Positions 1 to 9,834 are shown, counted from the first letter of the stretch. The stretch is DNA of 64,000 nt from Promethearchaeia archaeon (GCA_029856155.1 JAHQWL010000023.1:1-64000); one strand, 5' to 3'. The notes: a model not told the origin generated them from the sequence alone. Translations and numbers: made by a program.

Positions 1-280
1 GGTATATATATGGTATTTTCTTGAAAATGTTTAGTAGTCTACTCTCCATCTTTTGATTTACATCTAATACAATTATGTTTTCTCCCAAACCAAGTTTACG
101 TTCATGGGTTTTCATTTTAAGAGGCTTGAGATACCCTTTTTCTTTCAATTTATTAATACGGTATCGTATCGTTCTTGAGGGATAACCGAGTTTTTCGCTT
201 AAAATCTCAGTAGAAATCTTAGGTCCATAATCTTCTATTGTTCGCATTATAGCTAAATCTTTATCATCGAGCTCTGTCAT
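1..280 (-). CDS. Lrp/AsnC-type HTH transcriptional regulator (runs off the window edge)
   Basis: Hand translation from ATG at 280: MTELDDKDLAIMRTIEDYGPKISTEILSEKLGYPSRTIRYRINKLKEKGYL, the Lrp N-terminal HTH pattern; divergent from the MFS gene; not in the ORF track. Confidence 0.8.
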   Translation of the reverse strand, partial: MTELDDKDLAIMRTIEDYGPKISTEILSEKLGYPSRTIRYRINKLKEKGYLKPLKMKTHERKLGLGENIIVLDVNQKMESRLLNIFKKIPYIY

Positions 281-316
281 TTTTTACACTTTGATATTAT
301 TAAATCATATTAAATT

Positions 317-440
317 ACGGCAGTATATTATATAAAAATTTTCCATTTTTAAAAGTTCATAAAAAAATGGCAAAAGTTTAAATAGAAGATTGCCATTAGT
401 CATATTAAAAATGGTAAAGAAAGTATAAAAAACTTGCCAT
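317..440. promoter_or_regulatory. Three inverted-repeat operators, consensus ATGGCAA-N16-TTGCCAT
   Basis: ACGGCAG(317)-N16-TTTCCAT(346); ATGGCAA(367)-N16-TTGCCAT(396); ATGGTAA(411)-N16-TTGCCAT(440); identical spacing, between a divergent regulator and transporter. Confidence 0.65.
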
Positions 441-580
441 AATTTAAGATTAAAATTAGAGGTGAATTTCAAATTTCTGAGCCCTATAATTTAAAAAGTA
501 AGGAAATTTTAGAAGAAATCGAATCTATAGAAAAAAAATATAAAGGAAATATACACAAATTATATTTATTTTACTTTATT

Positions 581-1705
581 TTGGGCATACATACAGTTCG
601 GGGTGTTTATATTGTTTATGAAACTATATGGTGTGGGTTAACATTTTTCCAAATAATGATATTGCAGAGTTATTTCACATTAATGATATTTCTTTTGGAA
701 ATACCTTCTGGAGCTATTGCAGATTTCTTAGGGAGAAATAAGGCACTAACGTTATCTGCATTATCTCTAGTTTTTGCTACAATATTTTACTTTCTTGTTC
801 CAAATTTATGGTTATTTTTTATAGCAGAAACTTTTTGGGCTCTCGGAATTGCATTAAGGTCAGGTACAGATGAAGCCTTTCTATATACTACATTAAAGAC
901 ACTTGGTAAAGAAAAAGAACTTTCAAAATATATGGCGAGAAGCCGGACAATGTATATTGGTGCACTAATAATTTCTGCACCATTAGGTTCGGTCATTGCT
1001 ACTTATGTTTCATTGCATTTTACTATGGTGTTTTTAGGTTTTATATATGCTTTAGCTTTTATAGTTTCATTTTCATTTAAAGAACCTCATTCCAAGAATA
1101 ATAACCATAAATCTGACCGATATTTAAATATAATAAAAGATGGTTTTAAGGAATTAAAAAGAAATAAGATTCTAAGAATTCTGTGTTTAGACAGAGTATT
1201 AATTGAATCTTTAATTTTTATTCTATTTTGGACGTATCAAATATATCTTGGAGCTGTTAATGTTCCTATATTATTTTTTGGTTTTGTAGCTTCCGCAATA
1301 AATGTGGTAAACTTAATTTTTATAAATGTTATACCCATGATTTCGCAGAGAATCAAGAATAAATTGATCCTTTTAATCTCAGTTGATATAATCTGTGGTA
1401 TTGCATATATTTTTTTAGGATTTAGTTTTAATGCTATATTAGGTATTTTATTAATCCTTACAATCGTAGCAACTGGATATCCTAGATATCTAATATATAT
1501 TAATGGTATAAATAAACAGGTTGAATCTGAAAATAGAGCAACAGTTCTCAGCACTATTAACATGTTTACAAGTTTTTTAAGAGCAATTATTCTCCCATTT
1601 ATAGGAATTATTCTCGAATGGAATGTTTTTATTGTTTTTATTTTTATAGGAGGTTTAATCATACTTTTTACTATATTAACACGAGTAAAAAATGATTATC
1701 TTTAA
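581..1705 (+). CDS. MFS transporter (true start possibly ATT at 473)
   Basis: Multi-TM protein with MFS motif A EIPSGAIADFLGRNK, plus RSGTDEA and ENRATVLS; frame open upstream to 473, after GAGGTGA. Confidence 0.9.
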   Translation: MGIHTVRGVYIVYETIWCGLTFFQIMILQSYFTLMIFLLEIPSGAIADFLGRNKALTLSALSLVFATIFYFLVPNLWLFFIAETFWALGIALRSGTDEAFLYTTLKTLGKEKELSKYMARSRTMYIGALIISAPLGSVIATYVSLHFTMVFLGFIYALAFIVSFSFKEPHSKNNNHKSDRYLNIIKDGFKELKRNKILRILCLDRVLIESLIFILFWTYQIYLGAVNVPILFFGFVASAINVVNLIFINVIPMISQRIKNKLILLISVDIICGIAYIFLGFSFNAILGILLILTIVATGYPRYLIYINGINKQVESENRATVLSTINMFTSFLRAIILPFIGIILEWNVFIVFIFIGGLIILFTILTRVKNDYL

Positions 1706-1853
1706 AATTTTAAATTCTCTTTTTTTAAATAAAAGGAGTTATCTTTTTGATATTTCAATAAAATTCAAAAAAAATTTCAATCCTTAAAAATTTTGGTTAG
1801 GTATAAAATGCAGTAATGGTAAAGCAATTTGAAAATTTTTTTAAAATTTTATC

Positions 1854-2612
1854 TTATAAATTTAATACTAAAACAAGAGTAAGAACCGAACCCAAAGCAT
1901 TTCCAATAACATGAATTAATATTGCTAATTTGATATTTTGCATTTTCCACACAACCAGAGCCGCGGGAAATAGTGCTAAGATTAATGTGGGAATTCGCCA
2001 AGGCATCCAAAGGTGGTAAGCAGAATGAAAGATTATATTAAGAAATAAACCTTTTACCCCTAATCGGGACATTCTTGGTAATAAAAATCCTCAAAAATAT
2101 AATTCTTCTACGATAGGACCAATAAAACCATTAAAAATAATACTCATAATTGCCATTATAATTAGATAATCTTTAGTATACCCTATAAATGAAGTTGTCA
2201 AAATATACCATTCTGGTAACCAAAAGAAAATTTTGTCTAAAATGAAATTATCTATTGGAGGAGCCAGTATCGTAGTAATTGACAGAGCATAAAAAAGGAG
2301 AATTAAGGTGAATAGAAAATATTTCCATAACGCCATGGATTCCCGAAAAAAAATCACTCCTTCAAATGAAATAATGTTATTTATTTTCTTACATTGATAA
2401 ATAATGAATCCAAATTCAAATGGAACAAGAACAAACGGCACACCAAGAAGTAAAGCTAATCTATTAGGAAAATCTAATAAGGTTATCAATGGTACCATAA
2501 TTATATAAAATATTGTAATTAAAATACCTGGAAGTAAGTGTAATAAAACTGATTTTGATAATGGAATTTGAGGGAAATCTATATTTTCCTTGTTTCTTTG
2601 CATATTTGACAT
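1854..2612 (-). pseudogene. CPBP/Abi (CAAX protease-like) intramembrane metalloprotease interrupted by an in-frame TGA at 2091-2093
   Basis: ORFs 2091..2612 and 1854..2072 are in the same frame: GPIVEELYF*GFLLPRM...FHSAYH...AILIHVIGN; the stop replaces R of the EExxFRG motif. Confidence 0.8.
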
Positions 2613-2832
2613 TATTTGAATAATTATTCCTTCTTACTTATATAATAAAATAACTTAAAAATTTAGAATAAAATTCCTTTTAGGTGATAAAAAAATTAAA
2701 GTTATTACTCGAGCGTTTAGAATGGTTTGAACTGAAATCAGCTTATTTTCAAGAATTTTATACTTTTTTTTGATTGGATACAAAATTCAATGATGGTAAA
2801 ATGATTTGATCACAATTTGCATCATAATTTAA

Positions 2833-3012
2833 GTTTCCGAATATAAGATATCACTTCAAACGAGATATGAAGAGTTTAAAATCATTTTATCAGAACTTCC
2901 AGATAAGCGAGTTATGAGAGTGCAAAACCGTTATTTTCAAGCCGAATTTAAGAAGCTTGAAAAATGGTACGGCAATTACCAACAACTTTGGGATGAACAC
3001 TTCGCAATTTAA
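2833..3012 (+). pseudogene. Probable orphan gene 3' fragment of unknown origin
   Basis: 59-codon open frame (VSEYKISLQTRYEEF...QQLWDEHFAI*) directly after a stop, with coding-like composition in AT-rich intergenic DNA. Confidence 0.3.
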
Positions 3013-3175
3013 AAAGATTAAAGAGTAGCAAAAGATTTAAAACCCATCACTGGGTTTAATATCTACCCAAAATTTTTCCTTTATATTAATATAAGGTTTT
3101 TTTATTAAATTTTTAAACTCTTGTTATTTGTTTATTTTATTAATTACTATATAATTATGTCAATACTATGTAAAG

Positions 3176-3574
3176 ATGAACATTATTGTAATAGATATAT
3201 TAAAAGAACAGTTCAAAATATTTTTCCTAATGCTCAAATCAGCAATAGAAATAAAACCTATACGCTCTAATGTTGAGGAATTAATCTTTCCTAGTGGAAA
3301 GAAAGTTTATTTATTAGCTAAAGGACGGTTAGCAAATTTAGTGCTCTCTGAAGGGCATCCTGCTGAAGTAATGGATATGTCATTTGGTCTTCAATCTTTA
3401 ATGTCCGAATATATAGTCAAAAATAAAGACAAATTGAGACTAGGGATGGTAAATGTGCTTGTAGAGATTGATGATAGAGTAGGTTTTCTCAAACTAAAAT
3501 CAATGGGTATTCAAATTGACAAATTAACTGAAAAACAATACAATTATATTCATGGCTTTCTCGAAGGTACTTAA
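3176..3574 (+). pseudogene. ahcY: C-terminal fragment (~115 aa) of adenosylhomocysteinase
   Basis: YLLAKGRLANL..EGHPAEVMDMSF..IDDRV..KL..MGIQIDKLTEKQ..Y..EGT are AhcY C-terminal motifs; about 300 N-terminal residues are missing. Confidence 0.85.
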
Positions 3575-3615
3575 CTTATATGCAAAAAATTAACTTTTAT
3601 ATTATTTTTTTAAAT

Positions 3616-4641
3616 CTATGCTTTAGGATTTAAAATGTCATCAGCAGAGATATTTTCTCCGTAAATTTCGAAAGCAAGATTTCTTAAACCGACTAATCCA
3701 ATAGGTTCTTCTCTAAGCTTTTCTGATTCCCAAATTTTTAACTTTTTAAATTCTTTTTTAATTTCTAAAGTATATTTAAGTTGCTGTGATCTAATCTGAG
3801 TACAAAAATCACATTTTTTTGGTTCTGGTGTAATCATATTAATGTGAACTCCCTCTAATTTAATATATCGCTTTGTTAAGTCTCTAGCTCTTTTTATTTC
3901 TTCAAAACTTGGTTTTTCAGCTATAGTTACTAATCTAAGTGACCCAATGTCATGAATAAGGTCTGATATTCTTTCTCCTCGTTTTTCTAATTCAACAATC
4001 ATATTAAAAATCTCTTTTCCCAATTCTCGTCTTTTTTCATAATTATCAAATGGTCTGATTATATTTCTCCACACTTTTGAAATATTTCGAATCGCACCCT
4101 TAATAGAATTATAAAAATTTAATGAGTACTTAAGCATTACTTTGACTTGGTCTTCAGGGATCTCAAAAAGAGTAATCATATTTGCCGTTGGAGGGAAATC
4201 TGCAATTATTATATCAAATTGAATTTCTTGAGTATTAATATCTTCAGCATCTAGTATTTTTTGAAAAAACATTGCATTTTTTAGTGCTAATGGAATAGAA
4301 TCAGCTGTAAATGTAGTATCTATAAATTTCTCGATTTGAGGTATCATCCCTACTAAAGGCATTTGACTCATAAGAATTTTCATTTTTTCTATTAACTCCT
4401 TAGTATATTTCTTAGCATAACTATCAGCATCAGGTTCTATTCCCCAAAGATTTTTTGTTAGCTGCGTTAGTTTATTTCCAATCTCTATTTGGAATAAATC
4501 ACTAAGATTATGAGCCATATCAAAAGAAATAAGAAGAATATTTTTATATGGAAGTAAATCTGAAAGCAATAATGCTGTAGAAGCGCTAATCGAACTCTTT
4601 CCTACCCCTCCTTTTCCCCCTAAAACAACAATTTTTTCCAT
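3616..4641 (-). CDS. ArsA/Get3(TRC40)-family ATPase, single domain
   Basis: Deviant Walker A GGKGGVGKSS, switch I-like DMAHNLSD, switch II-like DFPPTA, C-terminal CDFC and EPIGLVGL. Confidence 0.88.
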   Translation of the reverse strand: MEKIVVLGGKGGVGKSSISASTALLLSDLLPYKNILLISFDMAHNLSDLFQIEIGNKLTQLTKNLWGIEPDADSYAKKYTKELIEKMKILMSQMPLVGMIPQIEKFIDTTFTADSIPLALKNAMFFQKILDAEDINTQEIQFDIIIADFPPTANMITLFEIPEDQVKVMLKYSLNFYNSIKGAIRNISKVWRNIIRPFDNYEKRRELGKEIFNMIVELEKRGERISDLIHDIGSLRLVTIAEKPSFEEIKRARDLTKRYIKLEGVHINMITPEPKKCDFCTQIRSQQLKYTLEIKKEFKKLKIWESEKLREEPIGLVGLRNLAFEIYGENISADDILNPKA

Positions 4642-5190
4642 ATTTCGATTTTAATTTAGAAAGGTTGAGTTATTATATCAAAAATAAAAATAACATAAAA
4701 AACTAACCAAATAACAATAATTTTAATATTTATATTCTCTCATCAAGAATTAGCAAAAGATAAATATCTTGAACGATTTTATTAATATATAATACAAAAA
4801 ATTTTCAAAAATATTAACTAAATCATCAATTATATTAACTGCTTATATCAATACATCATAATTATTAATCAAATAAATAAAATCATCAATTAATATTATA
4901 AATTAAATAACCAAATTAGTAGAATAAATCAAATAAAGAATTAATTAAAAAATTTATCAATTCAGTAAATCAAAATTATTGTTCAGACTTATAAATAACT
5001 ATTAGAAGTAGATCCATATTTCAAACTTAATAAAAATATAAATTTTAATAAAAGACTAAAAATTCAAGTTTTTAATTAGAAATAATTGATTCCGTATTGG
5101 TTCTAAATCAAATGGATAGAATCTACTTCTAATTTATAGATATCCCTCTATATTTTGATTTATTGAAGAATTAAATAAATCAAAAAAAAA

Positions 5191-6375
5191 GTGATAAAAA
5201 TTACAAATCAATCAGAATTTACTACAAAATATATTATTGAAGTCAAGTTCAAAATTTTGGGTGTAGTTGAGAAATCAGACATTGTGGGAGCAATTTTTGG
5301 ACAAACGGAAGGGCTTCTATTAGATCTTGATTTAAGGGATTTACAGAAGTCGGGAAGGATTGGTAGAATAGAGGTTGAAAATGAATCAAAAGAAGGAATA
5401 TCGAAAGGTATTATAAATATTCCATCCTCTTTAACGAGAAAAGAAACAGCATTATTGGCAGCAACTGTTGAAACTGTTTCTCGTGTGGGGCCATGCGAAG
5501 CAGAAATTTCGCTTATTGAAATTCGGGATGTTCGTGAGACCAAACGACAGCAAATAATAGAAAGAGCAGCAGAACTTTTAAAAGAATGGGATCAAAAATC
5601 CTTAGAGCAAAGTGAGATAGAAGAACAAATAGATACTGATATTAAACTCGGAGAGATTATTGCATGGGGTCCAGAAAGTCTTCCTGCGGGTCCAGAAGTG
5701 GATAGTAATCCAGAATTAATTATTGTAGAAGGTCGAGCTGATGTTCTAAATCTATTACGAATCGGAGTTAAAAACACGATTGCCGTTCAAGGAACTCAAG
5801 TTCCAAAGTCAGTAATTAAATTAGCTAAACAAAAAAAATCAGTAATAGCATTTGTCGATGGAGACCGAGGCGGAACGATTATTCTTAATGAGTTATTGCA
5901 AGTTGCAAAGATTGATCAAGTCGCTAGAGCTCCCGATGGATCGGAAGTAGAAGAATTAACCCGAAAGCAGATGATAAAAGCTTTGCAAAACAAAAAACCG
6001 GCAAAAATTTTTAAAGTGATTAAAGAAAAAGATAAAATTCAAAAAGGAAACGGTGATATTGATGGAAGTATTCAGAAAATTTTAAAGAAATTAAAAATAA
6101 AAGATGAAAAAGTAATTCTTAAAGCTATACAGAATATACAACCGGGTTTTGCTATTGGATTTAATAAAACTCTTGAAAAATTATTTGATATTCCTGTAGG
6201 TGAAATTTTCGAAAAAATTAGAAATTATAAAGATACCCAGTATTTAATAATTGATGGCATTTTGTCAAAAAGACTCCTATCACTTTCAATCAATATGAAA
6301 ATTAAATTTATTGCTAGTAAAAATAAAGAAGAAGAATTAACCGTTCCAGCTGATATAGCTGTTTACTTTTTTTGA
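5191..6375 (+). CDS. dnaG: Archaeal DnaG-like protein (Toprim; exosome-associated)
   Basis: DIVGAIFGQTEGLL, LQKSGRIGRI, VEGRADV, FVDGDRGG motifs. Confidence 0.97.
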   Translation: MIKITNQSEFTTKYIIEVKFKILGVVEKSDIVGAIFGQTEGLLLDLDLRDLQKSGRIGRIEVENESKEGISKGIINIPSSLTRKETALLAATVETVSRVGPCEAEISLIEIRDVRETKRQQIIERAAELLKEWDQKSLEQSEIEEQIDTDIKLGEIIAWGPESLPAGPEVDSNPELIIVEGRADVLNLLRIGVKNTIAVQGTQVPKSVIKLAKQKKSVIAFVDGDRGGTIILNELLQVAKIDQVARAPDGSEVEELTRKQMIKALQNKKPAKIFKVIKEKDKIQKGNGDIDGSIQKILKKLKIKDEKVILKAIQNIQPGFAIGFNKTLEKLFDIPVGEIFEKIRNYKDTQYLIIDGILSKRLLSLSINMKIKFIASKNKEEELTVPADIAVYFF

Positions 6376-6484
6376 CATTAAGTTTAATTTATAGAAAAAA
6401 TGAAACACACTCTCATTATGACATCTATATTTTTCTAAGTATGATTTAAGAGTTTTAGAAACATACCATTAAGAAAAGTTTTAT

Positions 6485-6730
6485 TTAGATACCCATGACT
6501 TCGGTAACGATTGTAAAGATAAGCTGGATAACATATGAAAGGGCACCTAATATCAAAATACCTATTGCACAAATTTTGAATACTAAGAAATAATCTTTTT
6601 TTTTAGGTTTATTTGCAATTTTTATTATTCTCTTTGAGTTTTGGAAGAATGTAACCAGTCTTTCATACAATCCTGGTTTTTTCTGTTTGTTTATCTTCGA
6701 AAAATTCTCATATTTCGGATAATTTGACAC
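6485..6730 (-). CDS. secE: Protein translocase SecE/Sec61-gamma
   Basis: RIIKIANKP followed by a C-terminal TM; downstream of ftsY as usual in archaea. Confidence 0.9.
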   Translation of the reverse strand: MSNYPKYENFSKINKQKKPGLYERLVTFFQNSKRIIKIANKPKKKDYFLVFKICAIGILILGALSYVIQLIFTIVTEVMGI

Positions 6731-6792
6731 AATAAAAAAAAAGCACAGTTAGATAAAAAAGTTATCTTTTATGAATGTCATTTAAATTAGGA

Positions 6793-7683
6793 TTATATAA
6801 TTTCGAGTATGTTTGAGATAAATAGATCTCGATTAAAAGGTTCTAAATTGTCATAACTCTGCCCTGTTCCTAAAAAAATGATTGGTTTTTTCGTTTCAAA
6901 TGAAATTGATAATGCGGCCCCACCTTTTGCATCAGCATCAAATTTTGTTAAAATAGTGGCGTCAATACCAACATGTTTTTTAAACTCTTTTGCTTGAAAA
7001 AGAGCATCATTACCTGCCAAAGAGTCACCGACAAATATGCGACAATCAGGTTGAGCAATTCTACAAATCTTTTGTATTTCTATCATCAAATTTTTATCTG
7101 TAACTTGCCTTCCGGCAGTATCGATTAAAACAACATTTATCTTTTTTGCTTTAGCGTGTACTATAGCATCATAAGCAACTGAAGCAGGATCTGATTTATA
7201 TTCATGTTTTATAACTCTTATCCCTACTTTCTCCATATGATAAGATAATTGTTCGATTGCTGCAGCTCGGAATGTATCTGCTGCAGCCGCAACAATTGTG
7301 AAACCATTTTCTTTTAAAAAATAAGCGATCTTTGCCATAGTAGTAGTTTTTCCTGTACCATTAACCCCAAGAAATACAATTACATAAGGTTCACTTTTTT
7401 TTTTAATTTCTGTGATTAAATCAATATTTTCTTCAGGTGTTAAGATCTCGGTTATAGTATCTCTTAAAGTTTCAAATAATTTCTTTTGAGTTGACATTAA
7501 ACGCCCTATTTGTTCTCCTTTAAAAGATTCAACAATTCTATTACAAATTTCATCGGCAGTGTCAATAGCTACATCGTTAGTTAAAAGAAGTAGTCTTAAA
7601 TCATTAATAGCATCATCTAACTTTTTTTCTGTTAAAGTTTTTTTAATAAATGATGAAAAAGTGTTTTTTAGCTTTTCGAGCAT
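6793..7683 (-). CDS. ftsY: SRP receptor FtsY
   Basis: GVNGTGKTTT, DTFRAAA, DTAGR, TKFDADAKGG, GTGQ. Confidence 0.98.
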   Translation of the reverse strand: MLEKLKNTFSSFIKKTLTEKKLDDAINDLRLLLLTNDVAIDTADEICNRIVESFKGEQIGRLMSTQKKLFETLRDTITEILTPEENIDLITEIKKKSEPYVIVFLGVNGTGKTTTMAKIAYFLKENGFTIVAAAADTFRAAAIEQLSYHMEKVGIRVIKHEYKSDPASVAYDAIVHAKAKKINVVLIDTAGRQVTDKNLMIEIQKICRIAQPDCRIFVGDSLAGNDALFQAKEFKKHVGIDATILTKFDADAKGGAALSISFETKKPIIFLGTGQSYDNLEPFNRDLFISNILEII

Positions 7684-7748
7684 TTATTTCTCCGTAGAAT
7701 TGTGGAAATTAATTAAGATTATAACGAATTTAATATAAAAAATTATTC

Positions 7749-8168
7749 TTATTTATAACTTCTTTGAATATTTTGAGAAATTTCTTTAAGGTTTAGATTT
7801 ATATTTTGTATTTGTGTAGTTAAAAACTGTACTTGTTTATTATGTTGTTCGATTAATTTATCAAGAAATTCAATAGCTCCATCTAAATCTTTCTCAATAA
7901 TAACATCCTGAGTTACAGCTAATAAAACTTTCTCTGGTTCTTTAATAGATGCCTTAGTATATACTAATCCTCCAATTGGAACAAGAATTTCATCATCTTC
8001 CGTTATTCCCCCTTTTAAATTTTCGATGGTTCTCTTAGTATTCATAATATTTGCTAAAGAGGCATTTATAATTTCTAATTGATTCTGAAACATTTCGCCT
8101 TGTTCTTTAAAGTATCGAAATTTTAATAATTGTTCTTGGTACTCTTGAGATGGTTCCATCTTTATCAA
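7749..8168 (-). CDS. pfdA: Prefoldin alpha subunit
   Basis: Coiled coils flanking the EILVPIGG beta hairpins; conserved synteny. Confidence 0.93.
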   Translation of the reverse strand: MIKMEPSQEYQEQLLKFRYFKEQGEMFQNQLEIINASLANIMNTKRTIENLKGGITEDDEILVPIGGLVYTKASIKEPEKVLLAVTQDVIIEKDLDGAIEFLDKLIEQHNKQVQFLTTQIQNINLNLKEISQNIQRSYK

Positions 8169-8186
8169 ATCTTTTAGTAATTTTCT

Positions 8187-8417
8187 TTATTGTTCTGATA
8201 ATTCTCGAATGAGATAATCTTGAGATTCTTCTAGAGATATTTCTTTTACTTCTTGAATATTGATTTGACGTCTGTATATTCCAATAGAAGTAATTTGAGA
8301 TAATACCTTTTCAAGAGCGTCTTCTTCTCTCAAGGCACGTACTTCTTTTCTAAATAAATACTTTTTATGATCTTTATAGTAATTACCAATAATTCTGAAA
8401 ATTTTAATCTCAGACAT
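8187..8417 (-). CDS. rpl18a: Ribosomal protein L18Ae/LX (eL20)
   Basis: FRKEVRA..EDALEKVLS..SIG..RRQINIQEV; lies between eif6 and pfdA. Confidence 0.9.
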   Translation of the reverse strand: MSEIKIFRIIGNYYKDHKKYLFRKEVRALREEDALEKVLSQITSIGIYRRQINIQEVKEISLEESQDYLIRELSEQ

Positions 8418-8554
8418 AACTTATTTAAACCACGGTTTCAAAGCTTTTAAAATACGATAATATTTCTAAAAATATTAAATTTTGTATTTCAATCCATGTA
8501 GATTTTAAAGCAAATTAGATATAAATAAAGAAATCGCAAATTTTAATATATACT

Positions 8555-9223
8555 CTATAAATGTAAAACATTTGTAATACGCATCATTTCGGGACCAGTA
8601 CAATTAGACCCAAAAATTCCGCTTTCATCATTAACTATTGCTCCAGCACTTAGATAAGGCACTCCACGATTTACAGTTGATACATCAACTTCATCGACCT
8701 TAAGAATGGAAGATATATTTTCGATTTCATTATCAGTTGATAAAGGATGTACTAAACAACCATAATTATTCGCTAATGAGATTGATCCGGGGAGATAATA
8801 GTCCGCAAATTCGTAAATAACAACCTCCACATTTAGAATATCTTCAATCTCTTTTTTATAGTTTTCTAAGAAAGAGCTGATTATTGCGCCTTTATCATTA
8901 CATAAGATTAAATTTCCAAAAGCATTATCAATTGATTTTAGAACTCCAATTTGGCTCGATTCTTTCACATGTAGTTTTAAATTATTGAGCTCATCTTCTC
9001 TTATAATATCTGGTACTATTATCCCATATTTATTTGATGCTGTATACACACCTAATAAATTAGAATTATTAATTGTAAGAGGATAAAATGGTGCTTTAAA
9101 AATGTTTTTAAACTTTTTCAATAAAGTATTCAATAATGTTGAAGGATAAAGAATATATGAATTATTAGCAGCTAGATATACTCCAATTAAATTTCGACCA
9201 AAAACCTGGGCTTTAAGAATCAT
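8555..9223 (-). CDS. eif6: Translation initiation factor 6
   Basis: IGVY..AN, GNLILCNDKGA, GCLVHP, TVNRG..G..ND, TGPE. Confidence 0.97.
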   Translation of the reverse strand: MILKAQVFGRNLIGVYLAANNSYILYPSTLLNTLLKKFKNIFKAPFYPLTINNSNLLGVYTASNKYGIIVPDIIREDELNNLKLHVKESSQIGVLKSIDNAFGNLILCNDKGAIISSFLENYKKEIEDILNVEVVIYEFADYYLPGSISLANNYGCLVHPLSTDNEIENISSILKVDEVDVSTVNRGVPYLSAGAIVNDESGIFGSNCTGPEMMRITNVLHL

Positions 9224-9353
9224 TATTCTATTTTTAATTTTCGAATTACTTGATTTATGCTATTGAAATTCTTGAGATTTGATTTTAATTCTTTCAATTA
9301 AATGTTTTAAAATGAGTATATTTTTTTTGAATTTCTATAAAATTTAATTACCC

Positions 9354-9806
9354 CTACCCTAAATAAACGACTACTAACCCATCAATATTCTTTGTTGCTC
9401 TAACTTTTAATTTTCGTGGAGGTTTCTGAATTGAACGCTCCCAAATCTTCTCATTAACTTCTTGAGTTATTACTAAAGATTCTGGTTTAAAATGACGCAT
9501 CATATATTCTCTAAGATACCTAACCGCTTTTTTAGCTCGTTTATTTCTAGGTCCTCTTCTAGCTTTAGCAAGAGGAACTATGTATATCCTCTCATCTATG
9601 ATTTCTTCTTTAGGAGCTTCCTCTTCCTCAATTTCTTCTCGTTCTTCAACTCCCTCTTCAAAAATTTCACTTATTTCTTCTTCCTCTGAAATTTCATCCA
9701 GACCAAATTCTTCTATTTCTTCAATTTCTTCTGGTTCCTCATCTTCAGAATCTACTAATTCTTCTTCTAGATCATCTAAACTAATTTCTTTTTCTTTTTT
9801 AGCCAT
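9354..9806 (-). CDS. rpl31e: Ribosomal protein L31e with acidic N-terminal extension
   Basis: ERIYIVPL..KRAKKAV..VNEKIWERSIQKPPRKLKV. Confidence 0.95.
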   Translation of the reverse strand: MAKKEKEISLDDLEEELVDSEDEEPEEIEEIEEFGLDEISEEEEISEIFEEGVEEREEIEEEEAPKEEIIDERIYIVPLAKARRGPRNKRAKKAVRYLREYMMRHFKPESLVITQEVNEKIWERSIQKPPRKLKVRATKNIDGLVVVYLG

Positions 9807-9834
9807 GTTTTTTCAGATCCATATCCTTACATAA

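Noticed and set aside
2091-2093. Selenocysteine codon in the CPBP gene
   Set aside because: It aligns to a conserved Arg, not Cys, and no SECIS was recognised
3616-4641. ArsA of the arsenic-resistance operon
   Set aside because: Single domain, about 57 kb from arsR/acr3, and Get3-like features
4670-5190. Replication origin
   Set aside because: No adjacent orc1/cdc6 and no ORB G-string motif; kept only as a low-interest repeat observation
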